Shown one piece after another: positions 55,946-63,562 of a stretch of DNA of 63,806 nt. The translations under genes and the position numbers were made by a program. This DNA is from a virus. Taxonomy: Duplodnaviria; Caudoviricetes. Every line of letters starts with the position of its first letter. The stretch's first letter is position 1. The notes beneath the pieces are model-generated. The model was not told the origin of the DNA and ran no database searches. It saw only the letters and a list, made by a program, of their open reading frames with translations. The stretch covers positions 1-63,806 of the IMG/VR virus record IMGVR_UViG_3300009136_000004; one strand, written 5' to 3'.

Positions 55946-56338
55946 CTACCTCTTCCGCGTACGGAAGTGGACCGACGTGTACGTGTCCAGTCCGGCCGGT
56001 TTCTTACCCTGAGCCCAGAGTTCCTTGACAGCTTCACTGCTGACCCGGTTCTGGAAGAGCTCCAGGTGACCCGTCCTCTTCACGTACTTGTCCAGCGCTC
56101 GGCGGTCAGCGATCTTGATGTGGTCCAACTCCTGTATGAACCCGGTCGCCTTCTTACCCTTCGCGCCTTCAATGCCTTCTTTGCCGAACTTGTGCAATGC
56201 CTCGGCCTCCAGCTTCTCGATTGCCTTATTCACCTCCTTCTTCTTGGCTTCAAATCCATCGCGCTTCATCTTCAGAGCATAGTGCTGATCGATGAACCAC
56301 GACGCCGTCTTCACTAACCTTTTCTTCTTTGCTGCCAT
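55946..56338 (-). CDS. Conserved coiled-coil phage protein
   Basis: Strong RBS; ELFQNRVS motif. Confidence 0.7.
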   Translation of the reverse strand: MAAKKKRLVKTASWFIDQHYALKMKRDGFEAKKKEVNKAIEKLEAEALHKFGKEGIEGAKGKKATGFIQELDHIKIADRRALDKYVKRTGHLELFQNRVSSEAVKELWAQGKKPAGLDTYTSVHFRTRKR

Positions 56339-56359
56339 GATACTTCCTCCTCATCATCA

Positions 56360-56659
56360 TCATGTAATAATGGCATCCGGCTTCCGTTCGTAAACGAACA
56401 GGATCGGGATCGCCAGTATGTATCCCCGGTACTGGTATCCAGTGGGGATCACGTCACCTTCCTTCAGTATAGCAATGTCGACAGTCACATCCGGCATCGT
56501 TACCGGACTGACCTCGCAGTACATATACATCTCGCCGTTCGGCGGCTCCGCTCCAACATGCACGACGCGGCTTCCCTGAGGGATTATCACCTTGCCTTTG
56601 ATGCGGTCCATAGGTGACTGCTGCTCTGCTGATTGAAACGGGAACTTCTTAATCTCCAC
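56360..56659 (-). CDS. Hypothetical protein
   Basis: RBS GGAGGA; co-oriented. Confidence 0.65.
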   Translation of the reverse strand: MEIKKFPFQSAEQQSPMDRIKGKVIIPQGSRVVHVGAEPPNGEMYMYCEVSPVTMPDVTVDIAILKEGDVIPTGYQYRGYILAIPILFVYERKPDAIIT

Positions 56660-56888
56660 TGCTATCCTCCTCCTCCGGCCAAAGTTGTTCGGCGTGAATG
56701 CTACTCGCTAGAGTTTCATCGCGCCATATCTGGTCACCTCCTGTAATGAGTATGACCTTCTCACTCCTGTGCTGTACCTTGCCGACCGAGCAATGTAGAT
56801 CGTCTTGCTCAGCGACGTCGCCGATGCGGACTTCCGTGTCCGCTGGCAACTTGACAAGCACCTTGATCAGTTCGCCTGTCGTTAGCAT
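56649..56888 (-). CDS. Hypothetical protein
   Basis: MLTTGELI..L.KLP.D.EV common phage N-terminus. Confidence 0.65.
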   Translation of the reverse strand: MLTTGELIKVLVKLPADTEVRIGDVAEQDDLHCSVGKVQHRSEKVILITGGDQIWRDETLASSIHAEQLWPEEEDSSGD

Positions 56889-57163
56889 CCTTCCTCCTCA
56901 AGCTTCACGTAAGCTTCAACCAGTGTGCAGTCACGCTCGGGGTCGACGTAGCTCAGCTTCCCTGTCTTCAGGTGCGTCACTGCGATCTTCCCCTCGTACT
57001 GACCACGATCCGGCCGGTAACAAGACGTGACCGCATTGACCATGAACAGGTCACCTCGGTCGTTGTCTTGATGGAAGGCAAGCCGGAAACGAATTGGCGT
57101 CCCGGCATGGTAGTTCCGAAGAGGCTTCCAGTCACGGAAGCTTACACTGCTGATGATCTTCAT
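56882..57163 (-). CDS. Hypothetical protein
   Basis: RBS GAGGAGG; ATGA overlap. Confidence 0.65.
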   Translation of the reverse strand: MKIISSVSFRDWKPLRNYHAGTPIRFRLAFHQDNDRGDLFMVNAVTSCYRPDRGQYEGKIAVTHLKTGKLSYVDPERDCTLVEAYVKLEEEGC

Positions 57164-57387
57164 GCTTCCTCCTCGCCGCAGAAGTACTCGGCTATCTGTT
57201 TCGCTGCCGCACGGATGGTCTCCAGGGTTGCTCCATCCGCGTGTCGGTCGTAGATGTAGTCAGACGCGTAGTCGTAGATCGAATCACGCAGTGCGTCCTC
57301 CCTCTCATCTAGCCCATCGGCAAGGTCGGGGACCATCCCCTCAATCTTCGGTCGGTACAGATCAACCAGTTCCTGCACGGAACTCAT
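57160..57387 (-). CDS. Hypothetical acidic protein
   Basis: ATGA overlaps on both sides. Confidence 0.65.
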   Translation of the reverse strand: MSSVQELVDLYRPKIEGMVPDLADGLDEREDALRDSIYDYASDYIYDRHADGATLETIRAAAKQIAEYFCGEEEA

Positions 57388-57650
57388 TCGTTGTACTCCG
57401 TCCGCCGAAAAGACTCAGCCATCTGTGTCGCTGCCTGGACGCACGAGTTGTGATCCCAGCCATAGACTTCGCGCAGCACCTTGAACAACTGACTCACCAG
57501 TTGCTCGCCGAGGTCTGCTCGGTTGCCGCCGTCGGCCTTGCAATAACATTCAGTCAGCGCCAGAGCGGTCTCTCCGAGCTTCTGCTTGAAGTGACCTCCC
57601 TGTGCCATCTTCTTCAGGTACGCACCTGTCTGCGTCTGTGTCGTCATCAT
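57384..57650 (-). CDS. Hypothetical protein
   Basis: GG.F...L...Y.KAD..N motif; coupled. Confidence 0.65.
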   Translation of the reverse strand: MMTTQTQTGAYLKKMAQGGHFKQKLGETALALTECYCKADGGNRADLGEQLVSQLFKVLREVYGWDHNSCVQAATQMAESFRRTEYNE

Positions 57651-58018
57651 CCTTTCTCCATCGTCTTTAAGAATCCACCCTTGATCAGTTGTCCAATCAC
57701 GGTGCTATCAATTCCCATGCTTCCGCAGTGGGTCCTCAGTTGCTTGCGGGTCACGGTCCCTATGCCATGCTTCGCCTCAAGCTTCTCATGCTCCTCAAGT
57801 ATCGTGGCGCGCACTGTGCCGTCCGTAGCGGACTTTCCAGTCAGAACCAATACAGTGTCCCCGCTCATGCGCTTGCTGCCGTTAGGCGTCTCTACAGGCG
57901 TCCCAGTGGGGTCTGGGTGCTTGGCCGACACGTGGAGCGGGACCATAGGTACATGGTCCAGCATGGTCAGCAGTTGCTTCGGGGTCAGTCCTTCGATCGT
58001 CATCGTATACGTCGTCAT
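57647..58018 (-). CDS. Hypothetical protein
   Basis: Coupled ORF in early operon. Confidence 0.6.
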   Translation of the reverse strand: MTTYTMTIEGLTPKQLLTMLDHVPMVPLHVSAKHPDPTGTPVETPNGSKRMSGDTVLVLTGKSATDGTVRATILEEHEKLEAKHGIGTVTRKQLRTHCGSMGIDSTVIGQLIKGGFLKTMEKG

Positions 58019-58233
58019 CGTTTCATCCTCTTCGGTGCGTGACGCGGGTTGTCGATCATGAATTCCATCCGGTCGTTGAGCCGCCGGATCTGTTCAAGTC
58101 GGTATTCCTTGTCACGTCTGTTGCGTCCTCTCCAGGTGGTCAGTCCGCCATAACAAGCGGCACAGACCTGGAGATGATGGTAGCGGACATCATTCTTGCA
58201 ATGCCCGATGATGCACTTCTTTCTTCTTGCCAC
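58015..58233 (-). CDS. Small Zn-finger-like protein
   Basis: C-x4-C...CxxC; GAGGAGG RBS. Confidence 0.65.
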   Translation of the reverse strand: MARRKKCIIGHCKNDVRYHHLQVCAACYGGLTTWRGRNRRDKEYRLEQIRRLNDRMEFMIDNPRHAPKRMKR

Positions 58234-58254
58234 AGTACTTCCTCCTCGTCATCA

Positions 58255-58695
58255 TCAATAGTGACCGTCCTCATCGTACCGTTCCATAGATACGGAATGA
58301 GCATGGCCGTCTTCGAATGCTTCCAGTGCAAGGTCGCGGCTCGTGTACTCCGCAACGTGTTCGGGCTGAGCGATGCCGATCCAGTAGATCGGTCCCTCGG
58401 CAGCGCCATAGATGTCGGACTCAATGTACCGTTCAATCGCACGACGCGGCACAGCATCCATCACAGTGCCTGACGTCCAACGTGAGCAGTCACAGTCCAT
58501 CTGGTCAACACTGATGCTCACCTTGCCGTCGCGCGTTGCCTTGTCTATGCGACGGTACAGGTCCGCACGATTGCCGATCTCACTGGCGTCCAGTCGGTAC
58601 TCCCTTCCGCGTTGCTGCGGCTGGATGTACTTGTAATAGACCTCGCGGTGCGTCAGTGGTCGTTCCTCGTCTTTGAACTTGATAGTGCTAGACAT
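58255..58695 (-). CDS. Hypothetical protein
   Basis: DCDC, AEGP, SRDLALEAFEDGH motifs; RBS GGAG. Confidence 0.7.
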   Translation of the reverse strand: MSSTIKFKDEERPLTHREVYYKYIQPQQRGREYRLDASEIGNRADLYRRIDKATRDGKVSISVDQMDCDCSRWTSGTVMDAVPRRAIERYIESDIYGAAEGPIYWIGIAQPEHVAEYTSRDLALEAFEDGHAHSVSMERYDEDGHY

Positions 58696-58990
58696 AGTGT
58701 TCTCCCATCGCTGTCAGCGCATCATCCTTCCGCGCGTCGTACGCATCTTCCAGCGCCGCCTGACGGCACTCCTCACACTGGTCTCCTTCGTCCTTGACGT
58801 ACTCGTCTTCACAAGTACGGCAGAAGGGGACGTCCTCCAGGCTATCGTCGGCAGGGTTGCCGCAGCATGGACAGAAGCCTTCGTACTCAGGTGGCTCCTC
58901 ACGTGTTCCATGGAACGTACAGTTCAGCACGACCTCGTTCTCTGTGCCTTCCCATCCGCACTCGCATCTCACCTTCCTGTCGTTGCTCAT
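58688..58990 (-). CDS. Cys-rich Zn-ribbon protein
   Basis: CECGW, CPCC, CRTC, CEEC; ATG 58990 behind AGGAG. Confidence 0.7.
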   Translation of the reverse strand: MSNDRKVRCECGWEGTENEVVLNCTFHGTREEPPEYEGFCPCCGNPADDSLEDVPFCRTCEDEYVKDEGDQCEECRQAALEDAYDARKDDALTAMGEHYV

Positions 58991-59277
58991 GATTCCACTC
59001 CTACATAGTTGTAGACGCCATTGACGACGGACGCGTAGTACTGACCGTTCCATCCTTCCTCTACGGACTTGACACAGACCTTGCCTTGTGAGCTTGCCTT
59101 GTGCGGAGGCTGAAGGAACACGATCTCCACTGCCTCATCTCTGCTCGTGTTACGTATGTCACCGACCTTGATCTCCTCGCCGGTATCCTTGTCTACCAGT
59201 TGCCATCCCTCGCGGGTGTTGAACCTGTTCGAGTACAGGATGTTATGTACATCGTTCGCTGTTCTAATAGTCATCAT
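58987..59277 (-). CDS. Hypothetical protein
   Basis: EIKVGD...PPHKASSQGKV..YYASV; RBS GGAG. Confidence 0.65.
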   Translation of the reverse strand: MMTIRTANDVHNILYSNRFNTREGWQLVDKDTGEEIKVGDIRNTSRDEAVEIVFLQPPHKASSQGKVCVKSVEEGWNGQYYASVVNGVYNYVGVES

Positions 59278-59300
59278 CGTTCTCCATCATCATCGTTGGA

Positions 59301-59642
59301 TTAAAGACCGCACATTCCGCGCGGATATCGTGCTGCTATTTCTGGCTTCACCAGTGGGCTCAGCTCATCCCATAGCCTGAGGCACGTCCCCAGACAGTAG
59401 AGGCCGAACGTTCCACTCACTGCTTGTACGAAGAACTCGGTGACCTCAGCCTCGTTCTCCAGGTAGACGACCGTCTTGTGCGGCGACCGTTCAATCAGCT
59501 CCACTATATGAAGCTCACCCTTGTCGTACCCTTCTGTTCGCTCTCCCTCCTTACAGTTGTCCTCGTAGGAGCCGTACTCGCATCCGTGTAGCTCTTCCAG
59601 GATGGAGCGGCGCATCTTCACCTTGACCGGATAGTCTGCCAT
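59301..59642 (-). CDS. Hypothetical protein
   Basis: TAATG coupling; RBS AGGAG. Confidence 0.6.
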   Translation of the reverse strand: MADYPVKVKMRRSILEELHGCEYGSYEDNCKEGERTEGYDKGELHIVELIERSPHKTVVYLENEAEVTEFFVQAVSGTFGLYCLGTCLRLWDELSPLVKPEIAARYPRGMCGL

Positions 59643-59824
59643 TACATCTCTCCTATGCGGTCCAGGAGGCTGTCCGCGTCACGCATCTTCTGCCTCATGG
59701 CATTGTACCGGGGACGGCTGACGCCATCGTAGTCCTTCTCCCGGTTCAGTCTGTTGCGGTACTGCAAGAGCGCCGTCACTACCAGACGCTCCTCGTTCGC
59801 CTTCAGTTTAATGCTAATCATCAT
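59642..59824 (-). CDS. Hypothetical protein
   Basis: RBS AGGAG; coupled. Confidence 0.6.
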   Translation of the reverse strand: MMISIKLKANEERLVVTALLQYRNRLNREKDYDGVSRPRYNAMRQKMRDADSLLDRIGEM

Positions 59825-59830
59825 CGTCTC

Positions 59831-60103
59831 CTAGATTGGCTTCCGGTACGAACCGACCGGGTTGCCGTCATCATCTTCGTCGTAGTAACGTGAGAGCCAT
59901 GCAGAGATCCCCTGCTGCCTCGCGTCGTATGAACAGTGTGCTGAGCCATACCAGTAGAACCCATCGCTGGGAACTTGGAACTCAGCCGCGTCAAACCCAT
60001 CCCTCCAGGACCATGCGCCTCGGAGACGCTTCTTCTGGTCGTTGGTCAGGCTCTGGCGCACTGTCTTCAGTAAACATCTACAGAAAGTGTGGTCACTCAT
60101 CAT
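59831..60103 (-). CDS. Hypothetical protein
   Basis: GFYWYG.A.C.YDAR..G..AWL; RBS AAGGGG. Confidence 0.65.
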   Translation of the reverse strand: MMSDHTFCRCLLKTVRQSLTNDQKKRLRGAWSWRDGFDAAEFQVPSDGFYWYGSAHCSYDARQQGISAWLSRYYDEDDDGNPVGSYRKPI

Positions 60104-60203
60104 CGTTCCCCTTCGTCGTTGTCATTACAGGGTAGAGCAGTGTGATTCCAAACCACACTATGAATACGATCTGTGCGATCGCTTGGATTGTCATCGGTTG
60201 CAT
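60093..60203 (-). CDS. 36-aa single-TM peptide
   Basis: GGAGG RBS; MQPMTIQAIAQIVFIVWFGITLLYPV... Confidence 0.55.
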   Translation of the reverse strand: MQPMTIQAIAQIVFIVWFGITLLYPVMTTTKGNDDE

Positions 60204-60213
60204 GGTAGTCCTC

Positions 60214-60360
60214 CTAGACCGGGTAGCTGGACCAGCGTTGTTGACGCTCGTACATGCTGCGGAGTTCACGTTCGTCCTGCTGTGCTTCCAGGAGGGGCTC
60301 GTCGTACATTGGTATCTCTACCATCTTCTTCGGTTCTTGTTTCTGTTGTTGCTGGTTCAT
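60214..60360 (-). CDS. 48-aa hypothetical protein
   Basis: GAGGAG RBS; MNQQQQKQEPKK... Confidence 0.55.
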   Translation of the reverse strand: MNQQQQKQEPKKMVEIPMYDEPLLEAQQDERELRSMYERQQRWSSYPV

Positions 60361-60442
60361 GTTGGTACTCCTCATCATCATCATTGTGGGTACATCTCAG
60401 AAAGCGCACTGTCTCCAATGCGCTTGAGTGATGCACACTCTT

Positions 60443-60649
60443 CTACGATACTACGTAGTATCCAAGGTACTCGCCTTCCTTCGCTTTACAGGTTACGAGC
60501 AGCTTCCGTACGCTCTTCTTGCAGATGCCGAGGGTGTCTACTGCTTCGGGTACTGACACGCCGTCTTTGCGCTTCAGAAGCTTGGTGAGTGCCGGGATGC
60601 TGTTGCTAATAGCGTTCGTTGCGGTGTTCTTCGTGTTTACGTTTTTCAT
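60443..60649 (-). CDS. Small winged-HTH protein
   Basis: LLKRKDGVSVPEAVDTLGICKKSVRKL; paralogous to C-terminus of 49337-50122. Confidence 0.7.
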   Translation of the reverse strand: MKNVNTKNTATNAISNSIPALTKLLKRKDGVSVPEAVDTLGICKKSVRKLLVTCKAKEGEYLGYYVVS

Positions 60650-60681
60650 GGTGGTACTCCATTATCATTGTCGTTGTTTGA

Positions 60682-61065
60682 AGCGAGTGCTTCTAAAAGC
60701 AGACGGCGGATAGTTAGGCGCTCAGATCAGCGCCGAAAGATTACTACTCAGTTTCCCAGGACGGGAGTTTCTACATTGTAATGAACCAGACCAATCGCGT
60801 CGTTCGGTTCATAACTCCATGCCGCCAAAGTTTCCCCGGCGACTAGGTCGTGCAGTGCCACCTCGTAAGATGGCTCGTCGTAGTTGTTAGCGACTTCGGT
60901 ATAGAACCTCTGTGCCGCTGAATCCAGATCGCTGTAGTCCAGTTCAAAGTTCTGGTCCGGACTGACGATCTCTACTACATACCGTTCTAGTTGCTTGCTC
61001 ATAGTGTTACTCCTTGCCTCTGTTCAGGCATCAAGTTCCACCGTCTGCTTATAGGAACACTCGCT
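60682..61065. repeat. 29-bp imperfect inverted repeat pair (60682-60710 / 61037-61065)
   Basis: AGCGAGTGCTTCTAAAAGCAGACGGCGGA vs reverse complement AGCGAGTGTTCCTATAAGCAGACGGTGGA, 25/29 identical. Confidence 0.85.
60748..61002 (-). CDS. Acidic hypothetical protein, first gene of early operon
   Basis: RBS AAGGAG; enclosed by the inverted repeat. Confidence 0.65.
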   Translation of the reverse strand: MSKQLERYVVEIVSPDQNFELDYSDLDSAAQRFYTEVANNYDEPSYEVALHDLVAGETLAAWSYEPNDAIGLVHYNVETPVLGN

Positions 61066-61075
61066 AAGTGTCCGC

Positions 61076-61478
61076 TATGTGCTGTCGTTGCTTGCTGTCG
61101 TTGCCTCGTACACCGTCTCGCGTCCAATCATGGTCGGCTCGGCCGTCGGCAACAACGTGTTCCTCAACTGGCAAGCAACAACGTCGTTCACATAACACAA
61201 GGCTCCGCCACGGTTAGTGGCATCCCTTGCTCGCAACTTGGTAAGGTCTGACCCGAGGCTTGCAACTGCTTACAGACTGACGCGTTTCCGCTGCTGCGCT
61301 TGCTTACTGCTACCTGTCGTCTCGCCGCGCACTTGGTAAAGTGCTGTTCGCCTTGCGTCCGCCCATATACTCGGTCGTTGAGTTTCCAGATTTGAATACG
61401 CCGGATTTCTGTGCGCAATGCAGAGCGATCGCCAAGTGGCTGCTAGTGGTTGCCGTTTCTGGGTCGCTGCGGTACATG
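61076..61478 (-). ncRNA. Candidate structured leader RNA / ncRNA
   Basis: No convincing ORF; nested stems whose mismatches are G-U pairs on the minus strand. Confidence 0.4.
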
Positions 61479-61519
61479 CCCTATATAATAGGGTATGTTG
61501 CAAGCCGTAACAAGCCGTA
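61475..61519 (-). promoter_or_regulatory. Putative sigma70 early promoter
   Basis: TTGTTA-17 nt-TATTAT; -10 lies within palindrome 61475-61497; CAAGCCGTA direct repeat over -35. Confidence 0.6.
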
Positions 61520-61552
61520 TTTTAGCTAGATAATACAAGGTGTTACGCCGAC

Positions 61553-61592
61553 AAAAATGCCCAGATCCAGCCGCGAAGCCAGAAATGGGCAT
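61553..61592 (-). terminator. Rho-independent terminator of replication operon
   Basis: ATGCCCA..TCTGGCT-TCGC-GGCTGGA..TGGGCAT-TTTT on minus strand. Confidence 0.65.
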
Positions 61593-61627
61593 GTTGCTCA
61601 CTTTTTGAGCAGTCGGTTTTATACGCT

Positions 61628-61867
61628 CTACAGGGAGTGAACGGAGTCGAGCGCGTCGTCGTCGGTACACCAGACTACGATCGTTCTACCTCCGTGTCCA
61701 TGGATCCGTTCGAGTTCTTCTATTGATGGATACACTCCGCATGAACTGTACTCGGTGAGCCACGATAGCGCGCACCATCCGCAACTGAACTGAACACCTT
61801 CAGCAACGATACCCTCTCCACTGATACCAGTCTCATCTTCCTTCCGTAGCAGTAGGAACCTCTTCAT
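61628..61867 (-). CDS. Conserved phage protein of unknown function
   Basis: R..D.TGISG.G.VAEGVQFS.G...W...IHGHGG.T motif; ATG 61867 behind GAAGGA. Confidence 0.75.
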   Translation of the reverse strand: MKRFLLLRKEDETGISGEGIVAEGVQFSCGWCALSWLTEYSSCGVYPSIEELERIHGHGGRTIVVWCTDDDALDSVHSL

Positions 61868-61985
61868 CTGCGGTTCCTTCAAACCAGTTGCCTCCGGTGT
61901 CTTCGTGTCCTCCGTCATGCCCTTTCTCCTTCGCGCAATGGACTACGATGTAGTCGCTCTTATAAGTAGCCTCACACTGAGGCAC
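61833..61985 (-). CDS. 50-aa Cys/His Zn-finger-like protein
   Basis: GTG behind AAGGGG; C...C-x4-GHDGGH...W. Confidence 0.55.
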   Translation of the reverse strand: MPQCEATYKSDYIVVHCAKEKGHDGGHEDTGGNWFEGTADEEVPTATEGR

Positions 61986-61998
61986 GATATCCCCTTCT

Positions 61999-62430
61999 TT
62001 ATTCCTCGTCATGCTCTGTCTCCTCGCACGTTGCTGCCTCCGTCATTCGGTGGCTCCATTCTACTAGGCTCATCACACTGGTGTCGGCGAGCAAGTTGCC
62101 AGTCTGCGTCAGGTGGCAAGCAAGCAGTTCATCCAGCGCTCGGTGAAGCTTCAGGTGACGCATCCGGTTCGGCTCATGCTTGAACTTGTAATCGTTGTCG
62201 TTCATCATGCTGCATGTGAAGTCAAAGAGTTTCTGTGCGCTTTCTTCCGCGTCACCCTGGAACTCCAGCTTCCCACCCTCAGTCCAACGTAGCTCGCCGA
62301 TCTTTTCGTTGTCCGGGTTGCTGAACGTGATGTTAAAGATTGGCGGGTCAACCTTGAGGAACGTAAGTATCTCCTCTGCCGTCTCTTCCGCCTTCTGCTC
62401 TATACGATCTTCGTGGTTGCTGTCTTCCAT
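61999..62430 (-). CDS. Hypothetical protein
   Basis: Coupled to sulfotransferase gene; LEFQGDAEESA, RH.KLHRALDELLA. Confidence 0.65.
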   Translation of the reverse strand: MEDSNHEDRIEQKAEETAEEILTFLKVDPPIFNITFSNPDNEKIGELRWTEGGKLEFQGDAEESAQKLFDFTCSMMNDNDYKFKHEPNRMRHLKLHRALDELLACHLTQTGNLLADTSVMSLVEWSHRMTEAATCEETEHDEE

Positions 62431-62990
62431 AGCTCTATGTCCTCTGCGTAGTAAGTTTCAAGTTCCTCCAGGCGATACGTCACCTCAGGCTTCTGTTCAT
62501 ACGTCTTGTTCTCGTGTGGCAATCTGTATCCATAGAAGCCTTCGTTCCCTTCCAGGCGAAGCCAGATAGGGTTCTTGCACCCTGAGTAGAGTTCGCTCTG
62601 CCGTTGCCATGCGTAAGCATGAGCGCTGTTCCCTATCTGTTCGGTGAAGAACTCCCCGGCTTCATCGTCAAGCACTGCGTCCACCGTTGCTTCAAAGGTC
62701 GGGCGACCAACCGTTTTGAAGTTGGTCACTGGATCCCTGGAGTTGACGCCATCTGAGAGCAGCATGTACGCAGACGCGAGCCGCTTGATAGGATCACGTA
62801 TGATGCACACTGCTTCCTCCGGTGCTTCCTTCAGGTCCATGGCAAGCTCACCCATCCGTTCCGCAAAGAAGTAGAGAGACGTACTCCCTGACCTCGGTGC
62901 TGCTGCGATGTTGAACCTGTCATCCACCCTGTAGTACTGCGGGATATAGAACCCGTTGATGCAAGGCGGAGCGTCTCTCTCTACGTTCAT
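62400..62990 (-). CDS. Sulfotransferase-family protein, allele B
   Basis: Same PRSGSTS and RDP..R..SAY motifs as 191-781. Confidence 0.75.
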   Translation of the reverse strand: MNVERDAPPCINGFYIPQYYRVDDRFNIAAAPRSGSTSLYFFAERMGELAMDLKEAPEEAVCIIRDPIKRLASAYMLLSDGVNSRDPVTNFKTVGRPTFEATVDAVLDDEAGEFFTEQIGNSAHAYAWQRQSELYSGCKNPIWLRLEGNEGFYGYRLPHENKTYEQKPEVTYRLEELETYYAEDIELWKTATTKIV

Positions 62991-63562
62991 GCTTCTTTCC
63001 TCTCTGTCCTGTTGTAGTTAGTCCACTCTCGGTGGGGAATGCAGGTGTCTGCGTCCGGCCAGAAACTCCAGTTGTGCTTCAGCGGTCCAGTCATAATGAT
63101 GGTGCTGAACGGCTTCCGTGGCTCGTGTACGAAGTGACGGTGAGACGCACGACGGAAGTGGAACCTCCATCCGCGGACCACTCGGCTGTTCAGTCTGCCG
63201 TCCGGCGTCATCACCGTCTCAGTGTAACTACGGAACGGGAAGGTGATGAACCACCACGGATGATCGTGCGGCGCTGCCTCCTCGTCTCCCTGATGGAAGG
63301 TATGGAACCTGAAGTTGATGGGACCGAGCCAGAGCATACGTCTGTCCAGGTAGAGGCGATACCACTGACCGTCATGCTCCATCACTTCGTTCGCGGCCAT
63401 CTCTATCTCTGCACAGAACACGATGTTCGCCGCCTCCTCCGCAGTGATAGGGAACCAGACCTGATCGTGGATGTAACCCCATCGGCGGCGATACGTTCCC
63501 TTCGGCCAGTCACCGACCAGTTCAACGTGACTCTTACGCTTCGCGGATAACGCTGCCATCAC
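62987..63562 (-). CDS. Cupin-fold HDHPW protein, allele B
   Basis: Homolog of 778-1338, 5 aa longer. Confidence 0.65.
   Translation of the reverse strand: MMAALSAKRKSHVELVGDWPKGTYRRRWGYIHDQVWFPITAEEAANIVFCAEIEMAANEVMEHDGQWYRLYLDRRMLWLGPINFRFHTFHQGDEEAAPHDHPWWFITFPFRSYTETVMTPDGRLNSRVVRGWRFHFRRASHRHFVHEPRKPFSTIIMTGPLKHNWSFWPDADTCIPHREWTNYNRTERKEA

Noticed and set aside
60132-60448. Second gene-enclosing inverted repeat (GTAGAGCAGTGTG / CACACTCTTCTAC)
   Set aside because: Only about 11/13 match and one arm lies inside a coding region; compatible with chance.
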